64,000 nt of DNA from an uncultured Verrucomicrobiae bacterium. Lineage in GTDB: Bacteria; Verrucomicrobiota; Verrucomicrobiia; Chthoniobacterales; UBA10450. The notes below the pieces were generated by a model that saw only the letters and a list, made by a program, of their open reading frames with translations, did no database searches and was not told the origin of the DNA. The first letter of the stretch is position 1; the number at the start of each line of letters is the position of its first letter. The stretch is taken from the NCBI GenBank assembly GCA_963756875.1, contig CAVWPA010000003.1, positions 736,001 through 800,000 of the forward strand, in the 5' to 3' direction. The translations under genes and the position numbers were made by a program. This document shows, one piece after another, positions 41,276-50,350 of this stretch.

Positions 41276-44200
41276 TCGTCGGATTCCTCTCCGGCAAACG
41301 CCGGATGAGTGCGGCGCCATTTCTCGCACAAGAGATCCTTATCAATCGCCAGGGTCGCCAGCGGATAGTCGCCGGTAAACGTGAACTCGGATCGCAGTTC
41401 GCCGAGCATTCCAAAGATGCCGGTACGCTCGGTTCGGGCGATCTCTTTCCAGATGTCGTTTTGCGCCGTGATATCGGATACGCCGATCTGGGCGTGATCC
41501 AGTTCCGTTTCCCGCGCGAGCAGGCTTACGCCGATATCGCGCCAGCCGAGAGCACGCAGCGCGAGCGCGTAAATGCAAATCTGAACACCGTTGCCCTTCA
41601 CGAGTTCCTTGCGCAACGCCGCCAGTCGCGGTTTTAACGCCGTCGCGATACCGGTCTTGTAATCTACGATCCAGAGCCGGCCGGCCACCGGATCGTCGGC
41701 ATCGGCGAGCAGTAAATCGACCCGGCCGCGAACGCGGAGCTCTTCTCCTTCATCGAGCGGGATGTTCTGTGGAGAATCGAGCACCCATTCGGTGGCGAGT
41801 CGGGGCCAATCGGAAACGCGGCCAAGTTCTTCGGCGAAGCGCTCGGCGAGATACCGCGCGTTGCGCCAACCGGAGAGCCACCAGTCCGGCACTGTTCGCC
41901 GTTCTCCCCCGGGGCGGCTCCGCGCGCCGGTGGCAGACAAGGTTGATATCATTTCCTCGCGAAAGTGTTCCGCCGCATCCGTGACGAGTCGCCGGATTTC
42001 GTCGGCCGGCGGTTTCTTCACAAAACAATTTTTGCTCGATTCATGGCCGGCCGCGGCGAGCCAGCGGTGCACCCATTGGCCGGTCGCGAGGTTCCACGAA
42101 ATTCCATCGTGCTCCACGGATTCAACGCCAAGAAACGTTTTCATCCAAACCAGCGCGGGGCTGGCGAACAATTTGGCGGTGTCGGTTGCCGAAAGGGAGA
42201 CTTTGCGGACCGGCGGCAGGCCTTTGCGAAACGCGAACTCGTATTCGCCAAATGACTGATCGCCGCGACGCCGGGCTTGGTAGGCGAGCCGGGTCTGTTG
42301 GAGATCAGCATCGTCCGTTTTGCCGTCTTGGAATAGATCGGCGCGGTCCAGCCATTTCCGGGTGCGCGCGTAAATTTCGTCGATCTCGCGCTGCGACAAC
42401 GCAGTTCCGCGCGCGGTGAAGTAGAGGCGCGCAAAAAATTCACTCGGATTAATTGCCTGTTCGCGCGGAGATGTAATGTACAGCTGGGCGGTGACTCCAA
42501 TTTCGGCGGTGGTCGATTCGATCGCGTTGAGCAGTTGCCGGAGCGCGATATCGCGCCGGTCTTGTGAAGCAAGGCACAGCGTCATCCCTTCGCGCACAGT
42601 CGTTTGTCCCGCGCCGAAGCGGCTCTCCGTTGTCGCGCGCTTGTTGATCGCGCGCATCCGCGCATTCAACGCGGCGATCTGTTCGTCGGGGAGAAATGGC
42701 GATTCGTCGTCGCGCTTCGGCCATGCGCCTTCGTTCAATCCCGCGAGAATGAGGTGCGACCAGGTTTGGTTTTCTGCCTGATCGCAGCGCAATAATTGTA
42801 CGCGCGCATAAGGGTGGTCACCCTGCGGGTCGCGACAAAAGGCCGATTCAACAAACAGCTCGGTCAGCCACCGGAGAAAGTGTTGACGAGAGAAAGTTTT
42901 CGTAAGCGCTGCGCTCCAGTCACGAGTTAATCGTTCGAGCTCGGCGCCACGTTCGTGCCATCCGAGCTCGCGAAAAATCGACAACGTTATTTTCAAAAAA
43001 TCGCTTAAGTCCGCTTCTTCTGGCAGGAGACGGACCGCGCGAAGTCCACTGACGATTTTGGAGAACTTCTCTTCCACGCGCCGGCTCAAATACTCGGTGA
43101 GAACCTCGACATCGTTAATGAGGATGTCTCCGCACGCGCGGCGCAGCGCTTTTTCAATGTCGCGTAGCGCAAGGTTTGGAAAAAAACCGGCTGCAATCGG
43201 GGAGTGGTTTAGAAATTGCAGCAACGACCCGATTTGCGGTCGTTGCTGCAATTTCAACCAGGCGCGCCATTCCTCGTCATCAAACGCACCGCGCAGGGGA
43301 TGCGCGATTGAGTCGTTGTGAGGAATTCCAAGCGTATCGAGCGCCTGGGCGACCAACCGGGCAAGCGCGCCAGGTCCGGCGAAGAGGATTGCAACGGTTT
43401 CACTGGAAGACTTGTTCAAGAATGACACCGCGAGAGTCGCGATCGCGCGGGCCTGTTCGCTGTTGTCGCGGCCTACCAGAAAATGGACTCTTCCGAGTGG
43501 ACTGGCTTTGCGTGCGGCAACGGCGGAAGGCGACTCAAGTGGTCCGGTCAATTCTGAAAATGGGATCGCGTCCTCTGGTAGCGATGGAATCGGTTCGGCT
43601 GCGTCGTAATGCTGCTCCCATGTCCCAATCCATGTTTGGTCGATCTCGCGCGCTTCATCCCGCGGATCGTTCAAGAGTAGCGTCGCGTTGCGCGACCGGC
43701 GGACGCTCGCATGGAGCAGCGGCCAGAGTGGCCAATGCGCGCCGTCGAACCCGCTTACCAAAAGATTGCCGAATAACGGTTGCGAGTTGCCCGCCGTTTC
43801 GGCCAACAGCCGATCCGCCTCGTGGACCAGCGTGAAACCGCAATCGTGCACCTGTTTCTCGAAAGAGGTAGCGATCTGACGCAAAACGGTGGGCTCAATT
43901 TCCTGCAATTGGCATCCGGCAGCGCGGAGCTGATCGAATGCGCGTAGAAAGTTGTCCGGATCGCGCGCGACCGATTTGGCGATCGGCGCCTCCAATGAAG
44001 GATTCCCTGCTGTCGCGATGCCGGTTCCGGCTTCATCCGCCGCGATCGCAAGTAACAATCGGAGATGTTCGCGCAAAGGCAGCCTCAGGGTGCTGCCGGC
44101 CAACAACAACTCGCGCAATTGCGGCGGCGTAAGGAACTTTACGCCGATCAGGGAAATCCGCTGCGCGAGCAATTGAAGCCGAAAGAAATCGGCATGACCA

Positions 44201-44367
44201 CGTGATGGCGTTATGACTACAACCGGTTCGGTGCTTTCGAGGAAAGCGAGCGCGGCGCGGTTGAACCACGGCAAAAGGACATTCTCCCAGGCTGCCGGGA
44301 AAGAAGATCCGATGTGTAACGAAACAGTGCGCGAATTTTGTCGCGCTTTGGCATTTCTGTGTGCCAT
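41272..44367 (-). CDS. AddB-like protein with a C-terminal PD-(D/E)XK nuclease
   Basis: Inactive helicase-like body (GLNEG.WP), RGRVDL...IVDYKTG, Q...YA. Stop overlaps the addA-like start. Confidence 0.8.
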   Translation of the reverse strand: MAHRNAKARQNSRTVSLHIGSSFPAAWENVLLPWFNRAALAFLESTEPVVVITPSRGHADFFRLQLLAQRISLIGVKFLTPPQLRELLLAGSTLRLPLREHLRLLLAIAADEAGTGIATAGNPSLEAPIAKSVARDPDNFLRAFDQLRAAGCQLQEIEPTVLRQIATSFEKQVHDCGFTLVHEADRLLAETAGNSQPLFGNLLVSGFDGAHWPLWPLLHASVRRSRNATLLLNDPRDEAREIDQTWIGTWEQHYDAAEPIPSLPEDAIPFSELTGPLESPSAVAARKASPLGRVHFLVGRDNSEQARAIATLAVSFLNKSSSETVAILFAGPGALARLVAQALDTLGIPHNDSIAHPLRGAFDDEEWRAWLKLQQRPQIGSLLQFLNHSPIAAGFFPNLALRDIEKALRRACGDILINDVEVLTEYLSRRVEEKFSKIVSGLRAVRLLPEEADLSDFLKITLSIFRELGWHERGAELERLTRDWSAALTKTFSRQHFLRWLTELFVESAFCRDPQGDHPYARVQLLRCDQAENQTWSHLILAGLNEGAWPKRDDESPFLPDEQIAALNARMRAINKRATTESRFGAGQTTVREGMTLCLASQDRRDIALRQLLNAIESTTAEIGVTAQLYITSPREQAINPSEFFARLYFTARGTALSQREIDEIYARTRKWLDRADLFQDGKTDDADLQQTRLAYQARRRGDQSFGEYEFAFRKGLPPVRKVSLSATDTAKLFASPALVWMKTFLGVESVEHDGISWNLATGQWVHRWLAAAGHESSKNCFVKKPPADEIRRLVTDAAEHFREEMISTLSATGARSRPGGERRTVPDWWLSGWRNARYLAERFAEELGRVSDWPRLATEWVLDSPQNIPLDEGEELRVRGRVDLLLADADDPVAGRLWIVDYKTGIATALKPRLAALRKELVKGNGVQICIYALALRALGWRDIGVSLLARETELDHAQIGVSDITAQNDIWKEIARTERTGIFGMLGELRSEFTFTGDYPLATLAIDKDLLCEKWRRTHPAFAGEESDE

Positions 44368-44407
44368 CCGCTAACGGTAGCAGATTTTATGGTCGCGCCA
44401 CGGCCGC

Positions 44408-46330
44408 CTATTTCGGTTTACGCAATTGTCGCGAGTCGCCGTGACGCTGGGTAACACCGGTGCGATCAAGGTATTCAAGAAACGGAATGATGATGCGCCG
44501 GGAGGTTCCAATTTGCTGGCGGAGTTGACTCGCGGTGGCAGGTCCCTGTCTCGAAATAAAATCAATCACGGCATTTTGCATTTGCTCTGCGGCCCCGCGG
44601 CCGACGACGATTTCGCCGCTAATTTCGACGACTTCCCCTTGCTCGATTAGAAACCGAAGGGCCTGCTGCAGGTCCCGATCTTGTGCGAACTCCTTGCGTC
44701 CAGGCGGATCGAACGGTTTCGCGGACAGCGCGTTTCGAATTGCTTCGGCCGCCGGTAGAATCTGCGGAGGCAACGTCGCGTGATGAGAGGTGCGTGCGAT
44801 CGCCGTCCCCATGCGGACAAAGCCATTTCCAGACAAATCCGAAATAAGCGCCTCGATTACCTCATCGGACCGCTCAGGCAATGCGGCTCGCAAATCGACA
44901 AGCTCCAGGCCGCGCTGTTCGGGACGCTTGTTGTGCGCATCATCGATCAATGCAACCGTCTCTTGGCGCAGAGCGCGCCATTTTTCTGCATTTAAAACAA
45001 TTTTACCACAGCGGACGATTACGCCCGCGTGTTCGAGGCGCAACAAGGCACCGGCAACTTCATCGCTGCTAAAATTGGATTTGTGCAACAGCGCGGGGTT
45101 TTGAGCAAACCCGCAATGTGCAAGTTCGCTGTTCAAACAAACATCGACGCTGCCCGGTGCCGCCGCGCGCGCAGCGAGGAACCGGGTGTACGCCGCAGTT
45201 CGAAAGTTCTCGCGATCGCCATCCGGATTGAGGACCGTGCCGCCGGCGATCGTGTATTGCCCGGATGCATCCCGGATAACAAAGCGATCGCCAAGCAGCG
45301 CCAGGAGCGGCGATTCCAGTCGCAACTGCGCGATCCCATGTTCTCCACATTCGATTGTGCTTTCCCGTGCCAAAACGACCTTCGCGGCAACGCGTGTTGT
45401 GCCATGGTGAACGTAAGCAGAGCTCCCATTTTTCAACGGCCGCGCCGGCGGAGCGTTTCGATTCAACCTTGCCGATTTCTCGAGAAGAACGTCAAGCGTT
45501 GCACTCGGCGAGCCAAGGTCAGCAACGGTGATCACGTCTCCACGTCTGATTCCGCCCGAAGCCGTCCCGGCAGCGATGTCCGGCAAATTAATCGCGGTGC
45601 GCATTCCCGGTATGGCCAGTTCCATGTCGCGCCCGTGATTCTGGACTGATCGAATGCGGGCCGGCAGGTTCTGCGGCTGAACAAGAACGCTCTGGCCGCG
45701 GCGAAGTCGTCCTCCAGTCAGCGTGCCGGTCACGACGGTGCCGATGCCGTGCAGGGTAAAGACGCGATCAACGAACAAGCGTGGCTTCTCGATGTCGCGC
45801 GGCGGTCGTAGAGTGGTGAATTCGGAAGCCAGCGCGCGCTTTAGATCCTCAATTCCTTCACCGGTGCGAGCGGAGGTTGCAACAATCTGCGAGTTTGCGA
45901 AGGGGCTACCACCCAGGCGGTCGCGGATTTGCGACGCGACGTTGCCCGCGTTGTTCAGATCGCTCTTGGTGAGCGCAACGACGGCGCGTTTCACGTCGAG
46001 ATAAGCTAAAATCTCCAAATGTTCCTCGGTTTGCGGCATCCAGCCGTCGTCCGCTGCGACAACGAGCAGCGCCAGATCGATCGAGCCGACGCCGGCGATC
46101 ATGTTGCGAATGAAATCTTCGTGTCCCGGCACATCTACAATTCCGACGTCGAAATGCTTTTCGTCAGGTCCATCGAGAGTTAGTTCGGCAAATCCCAGAT
46201 CGATGGTGATGCCGCGGGCTTTTTCTTCAGGCAAGCGGTCCGGGTCGGTGCCGGTCAGCGCCTGGACGAGCGCGCTCTTGCCGTGATCTACATGTCCGGC
46301 GGTTGCAATAATGAAATTGCTTCGTGTCAC
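44408..46330 (-). CDS. selB: Selenocysteine-specific elongation factor
   Basis: [37 protein letters not shown]-terminal winged-helix GTSRR..IP.LEYLD..G.T.R.GD.R. Confidence 0.96.
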   Translation of the reverse strand: MTRSNFIIATAGHVDHGKSALVQALTGTDPDRLPEEKARGITIDLGFAELTLDGPDEKHFDVGIVDVPGHEDFIRNMIAGVGSIDLALLVVAADDGWMPQTEEHLEILAYLDVKRAVVALTKSDLNNAGNVASQIRDRLGGSPFANSQIVATSARTGEGIEDLKRALASEFTTLRPPRDIEKPRLFVDRVFTLHGIGTVVTGTLTGGRLRRGQSVLVQPQNLPARIRSVQNHGRDMELAIPGMRTAINLPDIAAGTASGGIRRGDVITVADLGSPSATLDVLLEKSARLNRNAPPARPLKNGSSAYVHHGTTRVAAKVVLARESTIECGEHGIAQLRLESPLLALLGDRFVIRDASGQYTIAGGTVLNPDGDRENFRTAAYTRFLAARAAAPGSVDVCLNSELAHCGFAQNPALLHKSNFSSDEVAGALLRLEHAGVIVRCGKIVLNAEKWRALRQETVALIDDAHNKRPEQRGLELVDLRAALPERSDEVIEALISDLSGNGFVRMGTAIARTSHHATLPPQILPAAEAIRNALSAKPFDPPGRKEFAQDRDLQQALRFLIEQGEVVEISGEIVVGRGAAEQMQNAVIDFISRQGPATASQLRQQIGTSRRIIIPFLEYLDRTGVTQRHGDSRQLRKPK

Positions 46331-47778
46331 GCCTGCGCGACCGGTGAAAATGTTGCGCAGGCGGCGCGAATTGCATCGATCACGATGTCATCCTGATGCG
46401 GAAAAATCGTGCGCAGATCCAGTTTGAAACGCCCATTGCCAATGTAGCCGATTACGGGTGGAACCGATCGGCGAAGCGTGCGCGCGAAGTCTTGTACGGA
46501 ACAATTTTCCGGCAGGATGTCGATGGCAATCGACGGCAGAATGGACCTTGGCAAAGCGCCGCCGCCGACCTTCCCTGTCCCGCGCCCGATTGTTATTTGA
46601 AGCGGCAGCCCTTGCAGCCGATTCAAAATCGTCGCGGCGCGCCCACGGAGCTCGTCTTTCGGGACCTGCAAAAGTGCGAACGCCGGGATTTCCTGCGTCG
46701 ACTGATGCAGGTGAAGATCGGTAGTCGCCTGGAGCGCCGCAAAAACCAGTTTGTCGCAGCGGAGCGCTCGAAATAATGGCTCGCGCTTAAGCCCGCGTAT
46801 GAAGCGCTTTTTCCCGGCAATGATGCCCGCCTGTGGACCGCCAAAAAGTTTGTCGCCGCTGAAGCAAACCAGGTCCGCACCCTCCTTGATCGCTTCGGCC
46901 GGCATCGGCTCGTGATGGTGCAATCCAAGTTGTTCGGTGGCAACCATTGCGCCGCTTCCCAGGTCCTCAACAAATGGGACACGTTTTTTCCGCGCGAGCT
47001 CGGCGAGTTCCGTCGACGCGGGCGATTCCACGAAGCCGCTCATGGAAAAATTGCTCCGATGAACTTTCAGAATCAATGCCGTTTGCCTGCCGATGGCCCG
47101 CGCATAGTCGGTAAGACTCGTTTTGTTCGTAGCGCCTACCTCACGCAACGTTGCGCCACTGGCCTCAAGTATTTCGCCGATGCGAAAACCGCCGCCGATC
47201 TGGACCATTTCGCCACGGGAAACAATCACTTCCGCGTCCGGGCTCGCCACGGCGAGTCTTCGACCGGATCGGTTTCTTGCCATGTTATTTCTCCCGATGA
47301 AATGGCGGACGATCAAAACCAGGGCGGCCGCACAATTGTTGACAACGGTTGCTGCTTCGGCCTGGCAGAGGACGGCGAGCGCTTGCTCGAGATATGCGCC
47401 GCGGTCGCCGCGCTCGCCGGTCGACAGATCGTGCTCGAGGTTATTGTAAGAGGAGGCAACCGCGCTTAGCGCTTCCGCCGCCTCGCTGGCAAGTGGCGAT
47501 CGTCCAAGATTTGTGTGAACGATGATGCCGGTGCCATTAATGACTGGCTGGAGCCGGCTGGCCCGCAGCTTTGCGAGCGAAACGCGGATGCGATCGACAA
47601 TCGAAGCAAAATCGGGGATTTCACCCGTTGCGCGCATTTCCGAGAGCTCCCGCCGGACGAGATCGACAACCACTGGTCGCGGCAGGTCGGTCCGAGCCGG
47701 ACTGGCCTGTCCGCCTAACGAATCGAGTACGCTCGTAACAGCCGGAATGGAGCGACGCGACTTTAGTTTGCCATGCAT
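46327..47778 (-). CDS. selA: L-seryl-tRNA(Sec) selenium transferase
   Basis: VINGTG..VHTNLGR, VNN.AAA, SRGE.V.IGGGFR, KVH.SNF, EDLGSG, FSGDKL.GGPQAG. Confidence 0.96.
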   Translation of the reverse strand: MHGKLKSRRSIPAVTSVLDSLGGQASPARTDLPRPVVVDLVRRELSEMRATGEIPDFASIVDRIRVSLAKLRASRLQPVINGTGIIVHTNLGRSPLASEAAEALSAVASSYNNLEHDLSTGERGDRGAYLEQALAVLCQAEAATVVNNCAAALVLIVRHFIGRNNMARNRSGRRLAVASPDAEVIVSRGEMVQIGGGFRIGEILEASGATLREVGATNKTSLTDYARAIGRQTALILKVHRSNFSMSGFVESPASTELAELARKKRVPFVEDLGSGAMVATEQLGLHHHEPMPAEAIKEGADLVCFSGDKLFGGPQAGIIAGKKRFIRGLKREPLFRALRCDKLVFAALQATTDLHLHQSTQEIPAFALLQVPKDELRGRAATILNRLQGLPLQITIGRGTGKVGGGALPRSILPSIAIDILPENCSVQDFARTLRRSVPPVIGYIGNGRFKLDLRTIFPHQDDIVIDAIRAACATFSPVAQA

Positions 47779-48815
47779 ATCACAGAGGCGCGGCGGCGGA
47801 CAATCCGGCCAATTGTCGCAGCGCAAGGCGTGCCCGCTTGTTTCAGAATGCGCAGAACTTTTGGAAGCGATCTCTCCGCGACGCACAGAAGCAGTCCACC
47901 GCTGGTTTGGGCGTCGGTGAGCAGGATTCTCTGTTGGTTGCTCACATTTTTCCAGTCCACGATGGAATCAGCCGCCTCGAGATTATCCCGGCTTCCTCCC
48001 GGCACGCAGCCTCGCGCAACGAGACCGGCAATCTCGCGGGAGAGCGCGGGCACCCGGCTTTGGTCGATCTCTGCGGAGACGGCGCTTGCCCGGCACAAAT
48101 TGGTCAGGTGCCCGATCAAACCGAATCCGGTGACGTCTGTGGCCGCCCGAATGAGACGTTTCTCAGCAAGGTCGGCGCCGATCGAATTAATTTTGGACAT
48201 GAGTGAGATCACTTTTCTCTCGAGTCGGCTTGAGGCGAGACCGCGCTTGATGGCGGTGGTAGCGACACCAGTGCCAAGCGGTTTTGTGAGCACGAGCAAA
48301 TCTCCCGGGCGCGCTTTTGCGTTCGTCACCATGCATCGCAGATCGACCATTCCGGTGACGGCAAGCCCGTAGATCGGTTCCGGATTGCGAATGGAGTGTC
48401 CGCCGATAATGGCGCAGCCAACCTCGGCGGCTTTCTTCAAGCCACCGCGCAGGATTGCGGTGATGGTTTTCGCAGGCACAAGGTTCTTTGGAAATCCCAT
48501 GATGTTCAGCGCAGTCAGCGGACGACCTCCCATGGCGAAGACGTCCGAAAGCGCATTGGCAGCGGCAATTTGTCCGTAGGCGAACGGATCGTCCACGATC
48601 GGTGTGAAAAAATCCACGGTCTGCACAAGTGCGCGGTGCCGGTCCAGGCGATAAACACCGGCGTCGTCGAACGTGCTCGAGTTCACGAGAACATTGGCGT
48701 TTTTGGAAACGGGAAGCTGACGCAAAACTTGCGCCAGGGCCTGTTGGCTCAATTTGGCTGCTCACCCGGCGCAGGATGACAGCGAAGTCAATGAGCGGAT
48801 TCGTTCGCGCGACAT
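47763..48815 (-). CDS. selD: Selenide, water dikinase; selenoprotein with in-frame UGA at codon 18
   Basis: RBS GGGAGG and ATG 48815 give MSRERIRSLTSLSSCAG-U-AAKL, in frame with DDAGVY, QTVDFFTPIVDDP, GGHS, TDVTGFGL, DAQTSGGLL. Confidence 0.95.
48717..48737 (-). promoter_or_regulatory. Putative bacterial SECIS element of selD
   Basis: CUGGCGCAA-GUU-UUGCGUCAG hairpin, with the loop G about 34 nt after the UGA. Confidence 0.6.
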
Positions 48816-48832
48816 GCGTCACCTCCCTTCTT

Positions 48833-48933
48833 ATTGTGGATTGCGGATTGCGGATTTCGGATTGGCAGAAACGGAGCATCAGTGTGCGCGTTCTTCTTCA
48901 TCAATCCCCACTCCGCAATCGCCAATCCGCAAT
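48833..48933. repeat. Inverted pair of heptamer tandem repeats (GCGGATT)n ... (AATCCGC)n
   Basis: attgtggattgcggattgcggatttcggattg versus caatccccactccgcaatcgccaatccgcaat. Confidence 0.8.
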
Positions 48934-48941
48934 TGATCAGG

Positions 48942-49032
48942 CGGAGAGGACAGGAATCGAACCTGCCCCGGCTCTTGCGAACCGACAACGGTTTTGAAGA
49001 CCGCGAGGGCCACCAGGCACCCTTCACTCTCC
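48942..49032 (-). tRNA. selC: tRNA-Sec (anticodon TCA)
   Basis: GGAGAGTG... extended D-stem, GCGGT-CTTCAAA-ACCGT anticodon arm, long variable arm, GCAGG-TTCGATT-CCTGT, discriminator G; CCA not encoded. Confidence 0.93.
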
Positions 49033-49047
49033 TGAAGAAAGAAAAAG

Positions 49048-49143
49048 AAAACGCCGAACGCCCAACGTCCAACGCCCAACGCCGAACTGTGCACGGCTTT
49101 TGGAGTTGAGCGTTGGACGTTGGACGTTGGGCGTTCGGCGTTT
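49048..49143. repeat. Inverted pair of heptamer tandem repeats (AACGYCS)n ... (SGRCGTT)n
   Basis: aacgccgaacgcccaacgtccaacgcccaacgccgaact versus agttgagcgttggacgttggacgttgggcgttcggcgtt. Confidence 0.85.
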
Positions 49144-49196
49144 GACTGTGGTAAGAGACGAAAACGCCAGGAGGTCGAGACTTTGCCGAACTGGCA

Positions 49197-49433
49197 CTAC
49201 TTGAGCTTCTTGATCGCCTTGACGATGGCGTCGAAGTCCGGCCAGTCGCCGGAATCGAGTTTGGAATGAAGGAGCTGGCCATTGGCGCGAATTTCAAAGG
49301 CGCCGCCGCTTGACGGGATGAGCGTGAGCGATTTGATGCGTTCGCCGAGTTCGAGAATCTGGGTCGCCAAACTGACGGCCTTGGGCGTGTAGTTTCAAAC
49401 CACGCAGTATTCGATCGATACTTCGGTCTTCAT
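49197..49433 (-). CDS. Rdx family (SelW/SelT/SelH-like) selenoprotein, 78 aa, CxxU motif
   Basis: MKTEVSIEYCVV-U-NYTPKAVSLATQILELGERIKSLTLIPSSGGAFEIRANGQLLHSKLDSGDWPDFDAIVKAIKKLK*. TGA at 49397-49395; GGAFEI...G.L..SK...G..P Rdx signature. Confidence 0.92.
49362..49380 (-). promoter_or_regulatory. Putative SECIS element of the Rdx selenoprotein
   Basis: GGCCGUCA-GUU-UGGCGACC hairpin, with the loop G about 23 nt after the UGA. Confidence 0.55.
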
Positions 49434-49567
49434 CCCGGGCTCCTTTCCGGCGCCAAAGTATGGGCGAGGCCGGACCGGGTCAAGACGTCCTCGGAGTGTA
49501 CAAGAAATCTGCGCGTCGCCCCGCAGCCGGCCGGCCTGGGAACGAAGCGCAGATCTTTTAACCGGGA

Positions 49568-50332
49568 CTAGAAAGCGAAATTGATTCCGCTTCTGAACAT
49601 GCCGAAATTGTTTCGCGGCCCGTCGATGACGCCGATGCTAAAGTCATTGGTCCAGCCAATGTGCCGGGTCACGCGCGTTTCCAGTCCCACGCCGAATTGA
49701 CCAAGCAGTTTCGTCGTGCTGCCGTGATGAACCGTGAAGGCGTCAGCCAGGAACGCATCGGGCGGCTCCACGAGGGAATGGGCGAAGAGCTCATCGCTTT
49801 GTCCGCCTCCGAAGATCGCGCCTGCGCCGGCCCAGGCGTACGGGGCAAAACGGGTGCAGGGAATAGGATAGCGAACGGTAAACGTGCCCAAAACCGAACC
49901 AAGGGCGCGGTGATGAGTCATCCGTTGCCGATCAAAAATCTGCATGCGCGGATCTTCGAAAATATCGAAACCGCCCTTGCGGGCATCGACCACAAAGCCC
50001 TCCAGGCCGACGCCGAAATAGCGATGAAAGAAGTATTTGATGTCGCCGCCGCCGCCCCAGGCATGATCGTCGCCAAGGTAACGGTCGTATTCACCGAGGA
50101 CTGCCCCTCCCTCAGTCGTGCTCTGAACTACGTCGACTAAATCAAGATTGCGCGCGTACTCGGTGTTTGTGAACGCGTACGTTCCCCAAAGATCGATATT
50201 CCATTCGTTGTCGCCGTACCATTGCGGGCAAGGCTCGGGCGCCGCCTGCTTAATCTCCTTTGCGGAATATTCGCCTGCAAAACCAAAGGAACATGCCAGG
50301 CACGATGTCAGGATTAAAAATGTGATTTTCAT
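49568..50332 (-). CDS. Outer-membrane beta-barrel protein (small, OmpA/OmpW-like strands)
   Basis: Signal peptide, alternating aromatic strands (GGGGDIKYFF, APYAWAGAG, GVGLE), C-terminal GINFAF. Confidence 0.75.
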   Translation of the reverse strand: MKITFLILTSCLACSFGFAGEYSAKEIKQAAPEPCPQWYGDNEWNIDLWGTYAFTNTEYARNLDLVDVVQSTTEGGAVLGEYDRYLGDDHAWGGGGDIKYFFHRYFGVGLEGFVVDARKGGFDIFEDPRMQIFDRQRMTHHRALGSVLGTFTVRYPIPCTRFAPYAWAGAGAIFGGGQSDELFAHSLVEPPDAFLADAFTVHHGSTTKLLGQFGVGLETRVTRHIGWTNDFSIGVIDGPRNNFGMFRSGINFAF

Positions 50333-50350
50333 GATTCGAACGATTTCTAA

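Noticed and set aside
41895..41935. Possible REP remnant inside the addB-like gene (TGARSRPGGERR)
   Set aside because: GC-rich and loop-like, but the palindrome is too degenerate to support by eye.
38054..44367. Novel helicase-nuclease anti-phage system
   Set aside because: Order, size and motifs fit ordinary AddAB-type recombination repair.
48762..48764. selD as a nonsense pseudogene
   Set aside because: The TGA falls at the catalytic Cys/Sec position, has a downstream hairpin and sits next to selABC.
48833..49143. Possible CRISPR array
   Set aside because: The units are 7-mers in tandem without unique spacers, arranged as inverted arms, and no cas genes are present.
48788..49297. 169-aa minus-strand ORF and other ORFs crossing selC
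   Set aside because: They run through tRNA-Sec and the heptamer repeats; the repetitive peptides are translation artefacts.
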